This document shows, piece after piece, positions 1-10,894 of a stretch of DNA of 64,000 nucleotides (within the stretch, counting starts at the first letter, position 1; every line of letters begins with the position of its first letter). This DNA comes from an uncultured Planctomycetota bacterium (lineage in GTDB: Bacteria > Planctomycetota > Planctomycetia > Pirellulales > Lacipirellulaceae). Location of the stretch: NCBI GenBank assembly GCA_963719315.1, contig CAVRBU010000001.1, positions 480,001 through 544,000 on the forward strand, read 5' to 3'. Both the position numbers and the translations under genes were made by a program. The notes under the pieces were generated by a model. It searched no databases and was not told where the DNA came from. It saw nothing but the letters and a program-made list of their open reading frames with translations.

Positions 1-696
1 CAGGAAGTAGCCCTGCAAAACCTGCCCGTCACGTTCATGCTCGATCGCGGCGGACTTGCCGGGCCGGACGGGCCGACCCACCACGGCGTGTTCGACTTCG
101 GCTACCTGCGCGTGTTTCCGAATATGGTCGTCATGGCGCCGGCCGACGAACACGATCTCGCCCAGATGCTCGCACTGGCGCTTGAGCACGACGGGCCGTG
201 CGCGATTAGGTATCCCAAGGCATCACTGCCAACCATTGGAGGCGAGCGATCGCCGGTCGAATTCGGGAAGTGCGAGGTCTTGTCCTGGAGCGATGAAGGC
301 GCAATCGTTTGTTGCGGCGCCCTAGTGGCCGATTGCCTGAAGGCGGCGGAGATGTTGCGCGAGGAAGGCCTCAACGTCGGCGTAATCAACGCTCGATTCG
401 CAAAACCGCTCGACGAGAAAACGCTGCTTCGCACCGTACGCGACTGCGCTTATGTCGTCACCGTGGAAGAAGCCTCGCTCATTGGCAGCTTCGGTTCCGC
501 GGTGTTGGAGCTGGCGACCGGCGCCGGCCTCGACACCAGTCGCATCCGCCGGCTGGGAATCCCGGACAAATTCATCGAACATGGCGAACGCGTCGAGTTG
601 CTGGCCGATCTCGGATTAAACGCTTCCGGCATCGCTGCCGCGTGCCGCGCATTGGCTGGAACGACGGTACGGCAGGCTTTCCAGCCTGAAGTGTGA
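1..696 (+). CDS. dxs: 1-deoxy-D-xylulose-5-phosphate synthase, C-terminal part (5' end outside window)
   Basis: DRGGLAGPDGPTHHG, AIRYPK, VINARFAKPLD and LGIPDKFIEHG motifs; upstream of NAD kinase. Confidence 0.95.
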   Translation, partial: QEVALQNLPVTFMLDRGGLAGPDGPTHHGVFDFGYLRVFPNMVVMAPADEHDLAQMLALALEHDGPCAIRYPKASLPTIGGERSPVEFGKCEVLSWSDEGAIVCCGALVADCLKAAEMLREEGLNVGVINARFAKPLDEKTLLRTVRDCAYVVTVEEASLIGSFGSAVLELATGAGLDTSRIRRLGIPDKFIEHGERVELLADLGLNASGIAAACRALAGTTVRQAFQPEV

Positions 697-789
697 TTGG
701 AGCGTGGCGGAATTCGCAAGAATTCTGACATTGCTCGATGCTCTGACGTCTTGTGACTTCAGCTACATTTGTTGAGTGCCACTGATCCT

Positions 790-1644
790 ATGACCGCCAA
801 ACACTCACTGCGGGCGATCATCCTGGCCGACGGCTCTCGCGCCGAGCTCCGCAGCGCCGCGGAACGCTTGAGACCAACGATTGAACGCCATCTCACCGTC
901 GTCGGCGAGTCGCTCGACTTTGCGTCGAAACTGAACGCGACCGATTTCGATTTGGCCGTAGTCCTCGGTGGCGACGGCTCGATCCTGCGGGCCGCCCATC
1001 AGCTTGGCTATCACCAGCGACCGGTGTTGGGTGTGAATCTGGGCCGACTCGGGTTCCTGGCCGCGCTCCAGCCGGAACAACTCGATCAAGCTCTGCCGGA
1101 GATCGCCGCTGGCGACCACCAGATCATCGAACTCCTGATGATCGAATGCACGACGACGCGAGCCGGTGAGCCGCTGTATCACGCGTTGTGCCTCAACGAA
1201 GTCTCGGTGCTAGCAGGCCCGCCGTTCGCAATAGTCGATATTCAGCTTTATGTTGACGGAGAATTGGTAACTACCTACAGTTGCGACGGCTTGATCGTCA
1301 GTACGCCGGTTGGCTCGACGGCCCACTGCCTGTCGGCTGGCGGACCCATCCTGCGAAACGACATTCAAGCCCTGGTGATCCTGCCGATCAGCCCGCACAC
1401 GCTTACCCATCGACCAGTCGTTGATTCGGCCGACCGCATTGTCGAACTCGTCGTGCCCGAACCCCACGAGGGCACGTCGCTTGTGGTGGACGGACGCGTG
1501 CTGGGGCGGCTAGAAGCCGGTGACCGCGTGCGGATCGTGCGTTCCGAGGCGCGGTTTCAAATGGTCGCCGTCCGCAGCCAGTCCTATTATCGCACGCTGC
1601 ACGACAAGCTCGGCTGGGGCGGGCAATTGAAGATAAACAAGTAA
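790..1644 (+). CDS. nadK: NAD(+) kinase
   Basis: GGDGS, GVNLGRLGFL, NE and DGLIVSTPVGSTA motifs. Confidence 0.93.
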   Translation: MTAKHSLRAIILADGSRAELRSAAERLRPTIERHLTVVGESLDFASKLNATDFDLAVVLGGDGSILRAAHQLGYHQRPVLGVNLGRLGFLAALQPEQLDQALPEIAAGDHQIIELLMIECTTTRAGEPLYHALCLNEVSVLAGPPFAIVDIQLYVDGELVTTYSCDGLIVSTPVGSTAHCLSAGGPILRNDIQALVILPISPHTLTHRPVVDSADRIVELVVPEPHEGTSLVVDGRVLGRLEAGDRVRIVRSEARFQMVAVRSQSYYRTLHDKLGWGGQLKINK

Positions 1645-1650
1645 GTCCAC

Positions 1651-1702
1651 GTGGTCGCGACTTTCCGAGACGCGAAACCGAGTCTCGGAGAGACTCGACC
1701 CC
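1651..1702. repeat. REP-like palindromic doublet (52 bp); same family as 43098-43149 in opposite orientation
   Basis: GTGGTCGCGACTTTCCGAGACGCG-aaac-CGAGTCTCGGAGAGACTCGACCCC aligns with the reverse complement of 43098-43149. Confidence 0.7.
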
Positions 1703-1733
1703 GTGAACTTTTGCATTGCAAGGAAGCAATCTC

Positions 1734-2795
1734 ATGAAAACTCTTGGCGCATTTCGTGCCTTGCCCGTTTCGATGTTGGGCCTTCTGCTTGCGATATCGT
1801 TCGCAGCCGCCGCACCAGACCATGCCGACTCCAAAAAACGGAGCGTGCTGCCGATTGCCGAAGGACCGCCCAAACTCGATACGAACAAGTACGAGTTGCG
1901 CTACAAGCTTCATCGCGGCGATGTGCTGCGGTACGAGGTCTCTCACCGCGCATCCATTTGCAGCACGATCGACGAAACGACGCAAGGCGCTCAAACGAGA
2001 ACCGAATCGGTCAAGGCCTGGAAAATCACCGACGTCTTGCCGGAAGGCGACATCGAGTTCACAAACGTCGTCGAAAAAGTTCACATGGTGAACCAACTTC
2101 CAGAACATCATCCGACCGAGTACGACAGCACGCGCGACAAAACCCCCCCGCCCGGCTTTGAAGACGCGGCCAAGGCCGTAGGCGTGCCGCTGAGCGTGAT
2201 GCGGATCACTCCGCAAGGCAAAGTCGTTCGCCGCGATTTGAAGGTCCGCAATCAAGGCGCCGAAGACGATGCACCCATCGTGCTGCGACTGCCGGAGGAA
2301 AAAGTCGCGATCGGCGACACCTGGGACGAGCCATTTGATGTTCAAGTCAAATTGCCGAATCAAAGCAGCAAATCGATCAAAACCCGCCGGCATCACAAAC
2401 TAACCGACGTGAAAAACGGCATCGCCACGATCGCCGTGACCTACCAGGTCCTCTCGCCCATCGATGCCCCCATCGAGACGCAAATCGTTCAACGACTGAT
2501 GGAAGGCGAAGTGCGATTCGACATCGAGAAAGGTCGAGTTTCGAGCCAACAAATGAACGTCGACAAACGAATCATTGGCTTTGCTGGCCCCACGAGCAGC
2601 ATGCAATACGTAATGAAGATGGAAGAGAAGTTGCTCAAGAACGTCCAGAAATTGGCGGTGAAGCAGAAGACCGCAGCGACGGCGAACAATAATCGCCGGC
2701 CGAGTTCAAAGTCTTCCAAAGCGTCGAAACCGCCAACGCAAACGGCTAGCAAACCGCGAACAACGCAGCCGACGTTGAAGACGTATCGGCGATAA
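1734..2795 (+). CDS. secreted hypothetical protein (possibly DUF6263-like) with basic low-complexity tail
   Basis: signal-peptide-like N-terminus, long ORF, followed by terminator. Confidence 0.75.
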   Translation: MKTLGAFRALPVSMLGLLLAISFAAAAPDHADSKKRSVLPIAEGPPKLDTNKYELRYKLHRGDVLRYEVSHRASICSTIDETTQGAQTRTESVKAWKITDVLPEGDIEFTNVVEKVHMVNQLPEHHPTEYDSTRDKTPPPGFEDAAKAVGVPLSVMRITPQGKVVRRDLKVRNQGAEDDAPIVLRLPEEKVAIGDTWDEPFDVQVKLPNQSSKSIKTRRHHKLTDVKNGIATIAVTYQVLSPIDAPIETQIVQRLMEGEVRFDIEKGRVSSQQMNVDKRIIGFAGPTSSMQYVMKMEEKLLKNVQKLAVKQKTAATANNNRRPSSKSSKASKPPTQTASKPRTTQPTLKTYRR

Positions 2796-2813
2796 TTTGT
2801 TGGGGCTGTCTCG

Positions 2814-2851
2814 CAAGGGATCGATAGTTTCTTGCGATCCCTTGGTTTTTT
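2814..2851 (+). terminator. intrinsic terminator
   Basis: CAAGGGATCG...CGATCCCTTG stem followed by a T-run. Confidence 0.7.
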
Positions 2852-2882
2852 CAGGTCTACTTGTGCTTGTGCCGGGATAACA

Positions 2883-4606
2883 TTACGAACCCATTCGTGG
2901 AAGGCGCAAACGGTAGAGTGTGATAATGCTCGCGATTATGAGTGGCAATGCCATCGGCTCCGGCACTGACGCAAGACTGCCTGTCCCGTAGGTATTGCCG
3001 AAGTTAGAACGCCATTCATTGTAGCCCCCAGGCGCTCCATCATTTTTGCGCCAAACAACATAGTCGGCACCATCGACGGTGCCGTCCCCGTTGAAATCAC
3101 CGGCATTGGACGCGGCATTCCCGAACCACCACGCCAATGCATAGTTCTGTGAACCTCCGATACCGTTTTCAAAATTGTTATGAACAACGAGTTTATACGA
3201 ACCTATGGGAACGTCAAAGAAAATGTGCTCTACATTGTCTTCGAGACTCATGGATTTTGTTAATGCAGCGCCGAGATCGTTAGAATTGGCCGGTAGCAAA
3301 TAAAGATCCAAATTGTTGAGGTTCATCTTCAGCGGTAGGATGGTGAATGTGTCGCCGTAATGGTACGTGTTGCCACCACTATGCTCGTTTTTTCGATCCC
3401 AGGTCAACGTCGCTGCGATGTATCCTCCGCTCTCAGAATTGAAAACATATTCGGTTTTGAATCCGCTCCCGCCTACCGTATCGAAGTCCCATCCCAGGAG
3501 TGGAACCGTTCCCGGATCGTATTCACCAGGCGTGAATTGTTGGACCGCTCGCTTTGCGTTAAGAAGGCCCGCGCCTAATTGATCATCAAGCGGAATATCG
3601 TCGCTCACAAAGGCTTCCGTTTGTCTCCAATTCAAGCCATTCTTGTCATACGCAGTTCGAGTTGAACCGTGTACGCCTGCAAGCTTGTCCGCGGAATTCA
3701 GCAATACTGCTTTCATAACCTCGTGATGCAGTGAGTTGTCCCCAAATTGGGGATTCGGCGGTACCGCATTCATTTGCTGCCCCGCGTATTGTTGTAACAA
3801 CGCCGCTGCTCCAGTCACATGAGGGGCAGCATAGCTTGTACCTTCCTCAAAAATCTCCTGGTCGCCTTGGTAACACTTTCACATTTTCGGCTGGTGCCAA
3901 AAAGGTCAATGCTTGTGCGATCTCCCGCTGCATCTCCCGTCGTTGAATTGCCCTCCCAAAACTTACTGTATGTCCCACCAAATCTCTCGGAACCGGCAAC
4001 CGTAATGCCGTTGTAATTGTCAGTCAACTTTCTGTACTGGTGGCCGCCATCGTTGCCCCATGCAACGACGTAAAGTACATCGTGGCGTCCGGCAGACCAG
4101 TCGATGAACTGTGTCATCTGTGAGTTTCCGTCCGGCGCAAAGAACTCCAGTGGAGGCGTAATGCTAAGATTTATTGCTTTTGGGTCGGCGCTCAGCGTAG
4201 CCAGCCTGTTGAGGGTGATTGCGACGTTGTAATCGTCTTCGATGTCGATGATCGCGAGCGAATGCAAACTTGCGCCAGGAGCGACGCCAACACACGTGGC
4301 ACAAGGAATATTCTGTCCAATCATCACGCCAGCAACTTCTGTCGCGTGAGAATCGGCAGCCGTGTCCGCAAACACCTGCGATGAAGTCTGGTAGTACACT
4401 GCCTCTGGTATCGTATTCGATGCGTAAAATGGCGCGGTATCGAATCCCGGCTTTCCCGAACGACCAAGTTCGCCTTGCCCAATCACAACGCCACTCCCGT
4501 CGAGTCCCGTACTAGCCGAATCAATTCCGTTTGGCCCGATTGTATCGGACGAACCCCACACTGTGTTTGTGGACAGCACTAACACCAACACCCCGCAAGT
4601 TTTCAT
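2883..4606 (-). CDS. S8 subtilase with dockerin-like and PEP-CTERM tail; two frameshifts near 3870-3905
   Basis: IGQGE, HATEVAGV and GTSYAAPHV (in the frame leading into ORF 2883..3818); GDFNGDGTVDGADYVVWRK; VPEP + hydrophobic + basic tail. Confidence 0.85.
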
Positions 4607-5205
4607 GGTTTCACCTCAAACAAAAACGAATCCGGAATGATCCGCAACGGCTCGGGTATAGAGGGTGTCGCTTCGCCTCGCTCATCAATCGGAGAAACCT
4701 CTTGAATCCTCACTTCAATGAGCCCTTTAGGCGGGTGTTTTAAAGGGATCAGAGCAAAATGGCTCGTCATTTCCGCCGTCGAGTGCATGACGAACCTATA
4801 CTGAACCTTGATTACGTTCTCGGATTGTTCGACTGAAACAATTCGCACGTACCGCCCGCACATGTACGAGTAGAACACCACCGAAAGATCTGTGTCGATC
4901 GGCATGACGTCGGCGGCCTTCTTCTTTTTTGCCAATACGGCGTATGCGTTCTTTAGCGCCTCTTTTCCAACACCTCTCACGACAAACGCGGCACCAGCCT
5001 TTTGTCCCTCTTCAGGTCGGTGAGCAAGTATTCTCGTAATCTCATTGATGATTGGATGTTGCGTGATTTCCGTCGGAGTCTTCACCGCATCTAGCTTTCC
5101 TACGTCAAGAGTGCCTGGCATGCGCCATGCCCAGATTTCATTAAGCGGAATCGTCTGCGCCTCATCGACCGCAAACAACAAAACAAGAGCAGAGATTGTC
5201 ACCAT
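4603..5205 (-). CDS. secreted hypothetical protein, translationally coupled to the subtilase
   Basis: 4-nt ATGA overlap with the subtilase start; hydrophobic N-terminus. Confidence 0.65.
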   Translation of the reverse strand: MVTISALVLLFAVDEAQTIPLNEIWAWRMPGTLDVGKLDAVKTPTEITQHPIINEITRILAHRPEEGQKAGAAFVVRGVGKEALKNAYAVLAKKKKAADVMPIDTDLSVVFYSYMCGRYVRIVSVEQSENVIKVQYRFVMHSTAEMTSHFALIPLKHPPKGLIEVRIQEVSPIDERGEATPSIPEPLRIIPDSFLFEVKP

Positions 5206-5312
5206 CGATTCACCTTTGTGCGTTCATTATATGGTCTACGTTGAACATCCAAAGCTTATTCCGCAACTGTTCTTGATAGCGAAACCGCCAGTCGCCAACT
5301 AAGCATTTACTA

Positions 5313-6490
5313 TACCCTGCGTGGGGATAAATGATCTGTTCCCGAGTAGCTGATTTGTTGTACAAGGCCCTTATGTCGCCATCGAGGAGGATGGCGTGTT
5401 GCTGGCAAGGAGGGCTGTCATGGCTTGGTTTCGAGTCCGATTGACGGAAGAGGAACAGCGAATTGTCGCGGCCGAGCGGGAGTCTCATCCGGAGTCGCAT
5501 GTCCGCCGCAAGATGCTGGTGTTGTGGTCGCTGCAGTGTGGTTTGAAGCGATCCCAGGCGGCGAAATTGGCGGGGGTCGGAGTGGCGACCGTCGGGCGGT
5601 ACGTTGCGGCCTATCGTGATGGCGGGTTGGAGGGTCTGCGGCGGTGGAATGTGCAAGGGCCCGTGAGCGACTTGGCCGCCTATCGCGACGTGATCCGCGC
5701 GTCGTTCGAGAACCAGCCGGTCCGCACGACCGCGGAAGCCTGCGAACGCATTTACCAACTGACCGGCCTGCGGCGGGGACTGTCGCAAACTCGCAAGTTC
5801 CTGAAAGACATGGGACTCAAGTGGCAGCGGGTCCGGGCGCTCCCCGTGCCGCCCAAAAAAACTTGGCCCAGCATGTCGCCGAGCAGGCCCTGTTTCACGA
5901 CGTCGAACTGAAGCCCCGCCTCGACGCCGCCGCCCGAGGGCGGGGACACGTCTTCTTCGTCGATGCGGCCCACTTTGTGTACGGGACGTTCCTGTGCTGC
6001 TTGTGGTCGTTCACGCGAATCTTCGTGCGGGCCGCCTCGGGCCGCCAGCGGTTCAATGTCCTGGGAGCCTGGAACGCCGTGACCCGCGAACTGGTAAGCG
6101 TGACCAACACCACGGTCGTCAACACGGAAACGATGTGCGAGCTGTTGCGGAAGATCGCTGCCCTCGGTCTGGCCGGACCGATCACGTTGGTGCTGGACAA
6201 CCCTCGCTACCAACGTAACGCCGCGGTGCAAGCGTTGGCGACGCAACTGGAAATCACGCTGCTGTTCCTGCCCTCCTACTCGCCGAACCTGAACCTCATC
6301 GAACGGCTTTGGAAGTTCATCAAGCGGCGGGCCATCTATGGGCGTTACCATCCCGGATTTCAAGAGTTTCAAGCCGCCATCCAAGAAACAATCGCCGACC
6401 TCGCAACCCGCCACGCCGAACCCCTCAAATCCCTCATGACGCTCAACTTTCAGCGATTCGAAGATGTCTCATTGCTGGCCGCGTAGGGTA
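5313..6490 (+). mobile_element. IS630-family insertion sequence, complete
   Basis: imperfect IRs TACCCTGCGTGG.../TACCCTACGCGG...; TA duplicated at 5311-5312 and 6491-6492. Confidence 0.9.
5396..6486 (+). CDS. IS630 transposase: HTH ORF plus DDE ORF joined by a -1 frameshift at the A7 run (5855-5861)
   Basis: FVDAAH, LDNPRY and LPSYSPNLNLIERLWKFIK motifs. Confidence 0.92.
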
Positions 6491-6721
6491 TATTCCCTTG
6501 AAGCAATACGATATGGCGAACGTCGGCCAGCATTTAGGCACGATAAAACGTTTATTGGCTTGACGCGACATCGGGACATAGTGGGACAAAACTGCGGCGT
6601 AAGCAAGCAATCCGAAAAGCTGGCGTCGAAGTCGTATTGTCGGTATCTACGTAGTGTCCTGTGTACTACTGCTCGCGGCGGAATAAGGGGCGTTGCTGGC
6701 CGGAAAATGATACTTCTTGCT

Positions 6722-8251
6722 GGGTGGGCGTCTTTTTTGTTGGTGGTATTAGACGGCAGTCTGATACCAGAAGCCTTCCCACTGTCCGGGCTGGCCGAGG
6801 AACAGGGCGCGGAGGTGGCAGACGCTGTCGCTGCCGGGCTCTCGCCAGCGCATCCCGCTGCCTTTGAGCCGTCCTCCCACGACCAGCTTGCACGCGGCTT
6901 CCACCGGACCGGAGCCGATCATCCAACCGCGGGTCAAGTACGTGGGATAGTCCATGCGATGGACGTTGTTCCGCACGTATTGTGCTTGTTGTCGGTAGCA
7001 CTCCCGCTGGGCCTCGTTCCAGTCGCTCTGATCGAGCGATTCCCAACTGGCCACGAGCGCTGCTCCTCCTTCGTGCTTGAGCTTGTGACACCAGTCACGT
7101 TGTCGTTTGGCAAAGGCGCCGTCATCGCCCGGGTGAAGCGCACGAGCCAATTCGGCCACGTGCTCACTGGCATGGTAAAAGTCGAGGATCCGCACCGCCA
7201 GCGGCGCGTTCTTCTCGATGAAACGCTCCAAGCAAGGAGCGCCGTCGGTCAGCGCGATCTGTTGCTCGGCGTGGTCCCAGCCGACCTGCGCGGCCTGCCG
7301 GCGCCATTGCAGCCCCAAATCGTCTAAATCATGAAAACCGGCCAAATACCGCACTTGGTGTGGATCTTGGGCTGGTTGTTCCTCGAACGGCGAACGCGCA
7401 TTGAAGACCATCGCCACCGCGGCCATCCGCGACTCCGCCGGGCCACCGCCGATGGCCTGCTGCGGCACCCCCGTGTGATCGACGGCCAGGTAGGCGCAGC
7501 GCCGACCCTCGGCATCCCGTTGCCAAAGCCAGTCTTCCTGGGGGCCAAACGTTTGCTTGGCCGCGAGTTTCGCTCCCAAGCGTTGGCCCGCTTCTTCCGT
7601 GACGCGCAGCACGGTCGACTCCGCCAACCGAATGCCACTCATGCGGACCAAGGCTCGTTCGGCCGCCAAGCCAAAGCTGCTCAGCGTGCCGGCCAGCGAC
7701 GCCAGTTCCTCCGCGCCGGGCGTGACGTGCCGCGGGGTGAGGCCCAGCCGCTCGTCCCAGGGCTGCTGGCTCGCGCCGCACTGGCAGCAGTAGTAATAGG
7801 TCCGCGTCAAACGGATGTCTCCCAGCAGGCTGACCAATCCTTTCGTTCGCCAGTCGATGAACTTCGCGCTGCCGCCGCAGGAGCAGGCTAAGCTAGCTCC
7901 CTGATAAGCGCCCCTTTTTTACACACTCGTTGGTGGCGGTCTCCAGCACGTTCGCTCCCAAATCGAACAACATGTCCCGCAACTCGAACTCGCCGCGGCC
8001 CAACAACTCCTCGGGCTTCTTCGCCGCCATCATCCGCGCCATGTTCTTCAACTGCTGTTCGGCCTGGCCCTTGAGCGACTCGTAAATCCGCTCCGCCGCC
8101 GCTTCCTCTTCCGCTGTCAGGTCCAGTTCCAACGCCTTGATCTGCTTGGCCATCGCTCTGCTCTCCGGTCTTCGAGTTCGAGAATTACCCCCCAATTGTC
8201 ACAGACCCTTCAGCAGAGCAGATTTCCCACCAACAATCGAGACGCCTACCC
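6722..8251 (-). mobile_element. ISKra4-family insertion sequence, complete
   Basis: 25-bp IRs GGGTGGGCGTCTTTTTTGTTGGTGG / GGGTAGGCGTCTCGATTGTTGGTGG; 9-bp direct repeat CTTCTTGCT at 6713-6721 and 8252-8260. Confidence 0.9.
6749..8195 (-). CDS. ISKra4 transposase, split into two ORFs at AAAAAAGGGG (7911-7920)
   Basis: RTYYYCCQC, TDGA, LDFYHA and IGSGPVEAACK..RLKGSGMRW motifs. Confidence 0.88.
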
Positions 8252-8350
8252 CTTCTTGCTTCCCATCATCTCGAATGATTGACGGCGAGCAGTGCGTTGT
8301 GCGTCGGCGGCGTGGGAACGATGGGCCGCAAGTAGTGGCACACGAATGTG

Positions 8351-9862
8351 TTATTCTGCCTTGCCTTCGACTTCGTGCACCAGCAGGATGTCGTGGACGC
8401 CACTGGTCAATTCCTTGCGGTTGGGGCCGGCTGCCAGGTGCGAGCCGCCGACGATCACGATTCGATCGCCTTTGGTCGCGTAACCTTCGCGGCACGACCA
8501 CCCGTCCGCATGTTTGATGAGATCCTGCATATCGGTGGCCGGAGCGCCGCGCAATGGCGTTACGCCCCAATACAAACACATCTGGCGAAGCGTCGCCTCG
8601 CTCGTGCTGATGCCCAGCGTGGGGATATAGCTGCGATGCTGCGAAAGGGCGAGCGCAGTGCGCCCCGAATGGCTGGCCACGAAGACCAACTTCGCATCGA
8701 GGTCGTGCGCCATCCTGCCGGCCGCTCGAACCACCGCTCGCGTGATGTCGCGAAGCGACGAAAAACCATCGGTGATTCGCGGTGGGCGACGTTGAAACGT
8801 CGATTCGGTTGCCAGCGCGATGCGATTCATCATCTCGGCGGCTTCCAGCGGAAAATGACCAACCGCCGTCTCGCCAGAAAGCATGCAAGCGTCGGCCCCA
8901 TCGAGAATCGCGTTGGCCACGTCGGTCGCTTCGGCGCGGGTGGGCCGCGGCGACTCCTGCATACTATCGAGCATTTGCGTGGCAATGATTGCCGGCCGCT
9001 GAAAGCGGTGGCACATGGCGATGATCCGCTTCTGCTCGATCGGCATTTCAGCCACGTCGATTTCGACGCCCAGATCACCGCGAGCGACCATGACGGCATC
9101 GGCCGCCACGATAACTTCTTCCAACTGTGCGAGCGCTTCGCGTTTTTCAATTTTCGCGACCACACGAGCCGTGGCGCCGTTGGACCGCAGAAGCTCCTTG
9201 AGCATCAACACATCTTCCGGCCGGCGCACGAATGAGAGGCCGACGAAGTCGATTCCGGCTTTCGCGGCCCAGATTGCGTGCTCGCGATCGCTCGTGCTCA
9301 TTGCCGGCGCGCTAAGCTTCACCCCGGGCAGATTAATACCCTGCCGGCTGCGGATCGAACCGCGCTGAACGACGCGTGCCCTAGCCCGGCCCGGCTGCTT
9401 TTCGACGACCTGCATGCAGACCGTGCCGTCCGCTAACATCACGCGATTGCCTATTTGCAACTCCTCCACCAGCGGCGGATAGGTGGAGGTCAGTTCGTTC
9501 GGCGATGTGCTATGTTCAGCGGAAATGAAAATGAATTCCGCCCCGACGTTGCAGAAGATGCGGTCTTCGGCCAAATCGCCGAGCCGGATTTTTGGTCCCG
9601 CAAGGTCCGCCAGGATCGCGATCGGTTTGTTGATTTCCTCGCTCAGAGCGCGAATATTATCGACGTGCTGTTGCTGAGCGTCCGGTTCGGCGTGCGCCAT
9701 GTTCAGCCGAAACACGTCCACGCCCGCAGCGATTAACGCAGCCAGTTGCTCCTTTTCGGCGCAGGCGGGGCCAATCGTTGCCACGATTTTGGTCCGCGCC
9801 CGATTGCGCGTGTCGGGAGAAGTTGCCGACGAGCCGGGCGTGAGCCGCAAATGTGTTTTCAT
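8351..9862 (-). CDS. pyk: pyruvate kinase
   Basis: TKIVATIGP, AKIEK, MVARGDLGVE, ATQMLDSM, PTRAE and MLSGETA motifs. Confidence 0.96.
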   Translation of the reverse strand: MKTHLRLTPGSSATSPDTRNRARTKIVATIGPACAEKEQLAALIAAGVDVFRLNMAHAEPDAQQQHVDNIRALSEEINKPIAILADLAGPKIRLGDLAEDRIFCNVGAEFIFISAEHSTSPNELTSTYPPLVEELQIGNRVMLADGTVCMQVVEKQPGRARARVVQRGSIRSRQGINLPGVKLSAPAMSTSDREHAIWAAKAGIDFVGLSFVRRPEDVLMLKELLRSNGATARVVAKIEKREALAQLEEVIVAADAVMVARGDLGVEIDVAEMPIEQKRIIAMCHRFQRPAIIATQMLDSMQESPRPTRAEATDVANAILDGADACMLSGETAVGHFPLEAAEMMNRIALATESTFQRRPPRITDGFSSLRDITRAVVRAAGRMAHDLDAKLVFVASHSGRTALALSQHRSYIPTLGISTSEATLRQMCLYWGVTPLRGAPATDMQDLIKHADGWSCREGYATKGDRIVIVGGSHLAAGPNRKELTSGVHDILLVHEVEGKAE

Positions 9863-10037
9863 GGGGAGCGATTTCGTATGGATTGCAGAAGGAAAAACGC
9901 TCTGAACATCCACCCGAAGAGCGTCGCTATTGTGGCGTTTCCCGCGAAGTAGGGGAATAGTAGCTGGAGTTGACTTGATTCGGCCCGTGCCTATCCACCA
10001 TACTTCGGGCGACGGTTCAGTCCCTTCGAGATATGAT

Positions 10038-10619
10038 ATGCCACAGCACAATGACGATTCTGACTTGCAGCGTTCACCGGCGACCCATTCGGGCATGGCG
10101 GAGTCAGCACCCAACGGCGAGTATCGCATTTCGGGGCGAATGATCGCGTTTGTAGCGGCATCGGTGGCGCTCATGCTCGCGGGCATCGTGTTGGCGTTGC
10201 AATACTTCGTCGTCGATCGCCTTCCGGAACTCACGGAAGCGAGACTTGAAGAAGCGATGAAGCGCTGGGAAGTGCATGCGCCGGCGAATTACGACATGGA
10301 CCTCGAGCTGGCAGGCGCCCAGCCGGGGTTCGTTCACGTCGAAGTGCGCGACCACAAAGTAATCGCTGAGACTCGCGATGGCCGCGACCCTGGCTATACA
10401 AGATGGGATGTTTGGTCCGTGCCCGGACTGTTCGACACACTGGACCGCGACATCCAGATTGCGAGCAATCCCGTGGAAGAAATCCAGGCCGCTCCGGGAA
10501 CGGTTTGGCGACTTCGGTGCGAGTTCGATCCGAAGTTTGGATATCCGGCCAGATATCATCGGATGGTGAATTCCGGCCCGGAAGTTTTTTGGCGCGTCAC
10601 CATATTTTTACCCAAATGA
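10038..10619 (+). CDS. membrane-anchored hypothetical protein (DUF6174-like)
   Basis: one TM helix; C-terminal FDPKFGYP motif. Confidence 0.65.
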   Translation: MPQHNDDSDLQRSPATHSGMAESAPNGEYRISGRMIAFVAASVALMLAGIVLALQYFVVDRLPELTEARLEEAMKRWEVHAPANYDMDLELAGAQPGFVHVEVRDHKVIAETRDGRDPGYTRWDVWSVPGLFDTLDRDIQIASNPVEEIQAAPGTVWRLRCEFDPKFGYPARYHRMVNSGPEVFWRVTIFLPK

Positions 10620-10654
10620 TTATTTGACACGACGGCACGACGCGGACGACGAGT

Positions 10655-10792
10655 CTAGTGGTCTGTCAAGAATGAAATGATGGGTGGCATGCCTTCGCCG
10701 CTGCGGCGTAGGCATGATTTCGCCCGGGTCATGCTCACCCGCCGCGGCGGGAGAGCATGCCACCCTTTTATTGAACGTGAACAGGCCACTAG
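10655..10792. repeat. 138-bp MITE-like palindromic element, family A (second copy at 32135-32272)
   Basis: ends CTAGTGGTCTGT...ACAGGCCACTAG; internal GGGTGGCATGC...GCATGCCACCC. Confidence 0.8.
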
Positions 10793-10894
10793 AGTCCTTC
10801 AAGAACGTCAACAGTCTTGAAACGCAAGGGCTTTGTGCCGGACGTCGTGTCCTTAGTGCCGTTGTGGTTCATCCAGCATTTCGTGATAGGTGCG

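Noticed and set aside
9863..10234. N-terminal extension of pyruvate kinase to 627 aa
   Set aside because: It overlaps the divergent gene, and homology starts only shortly after the Met at 9862.
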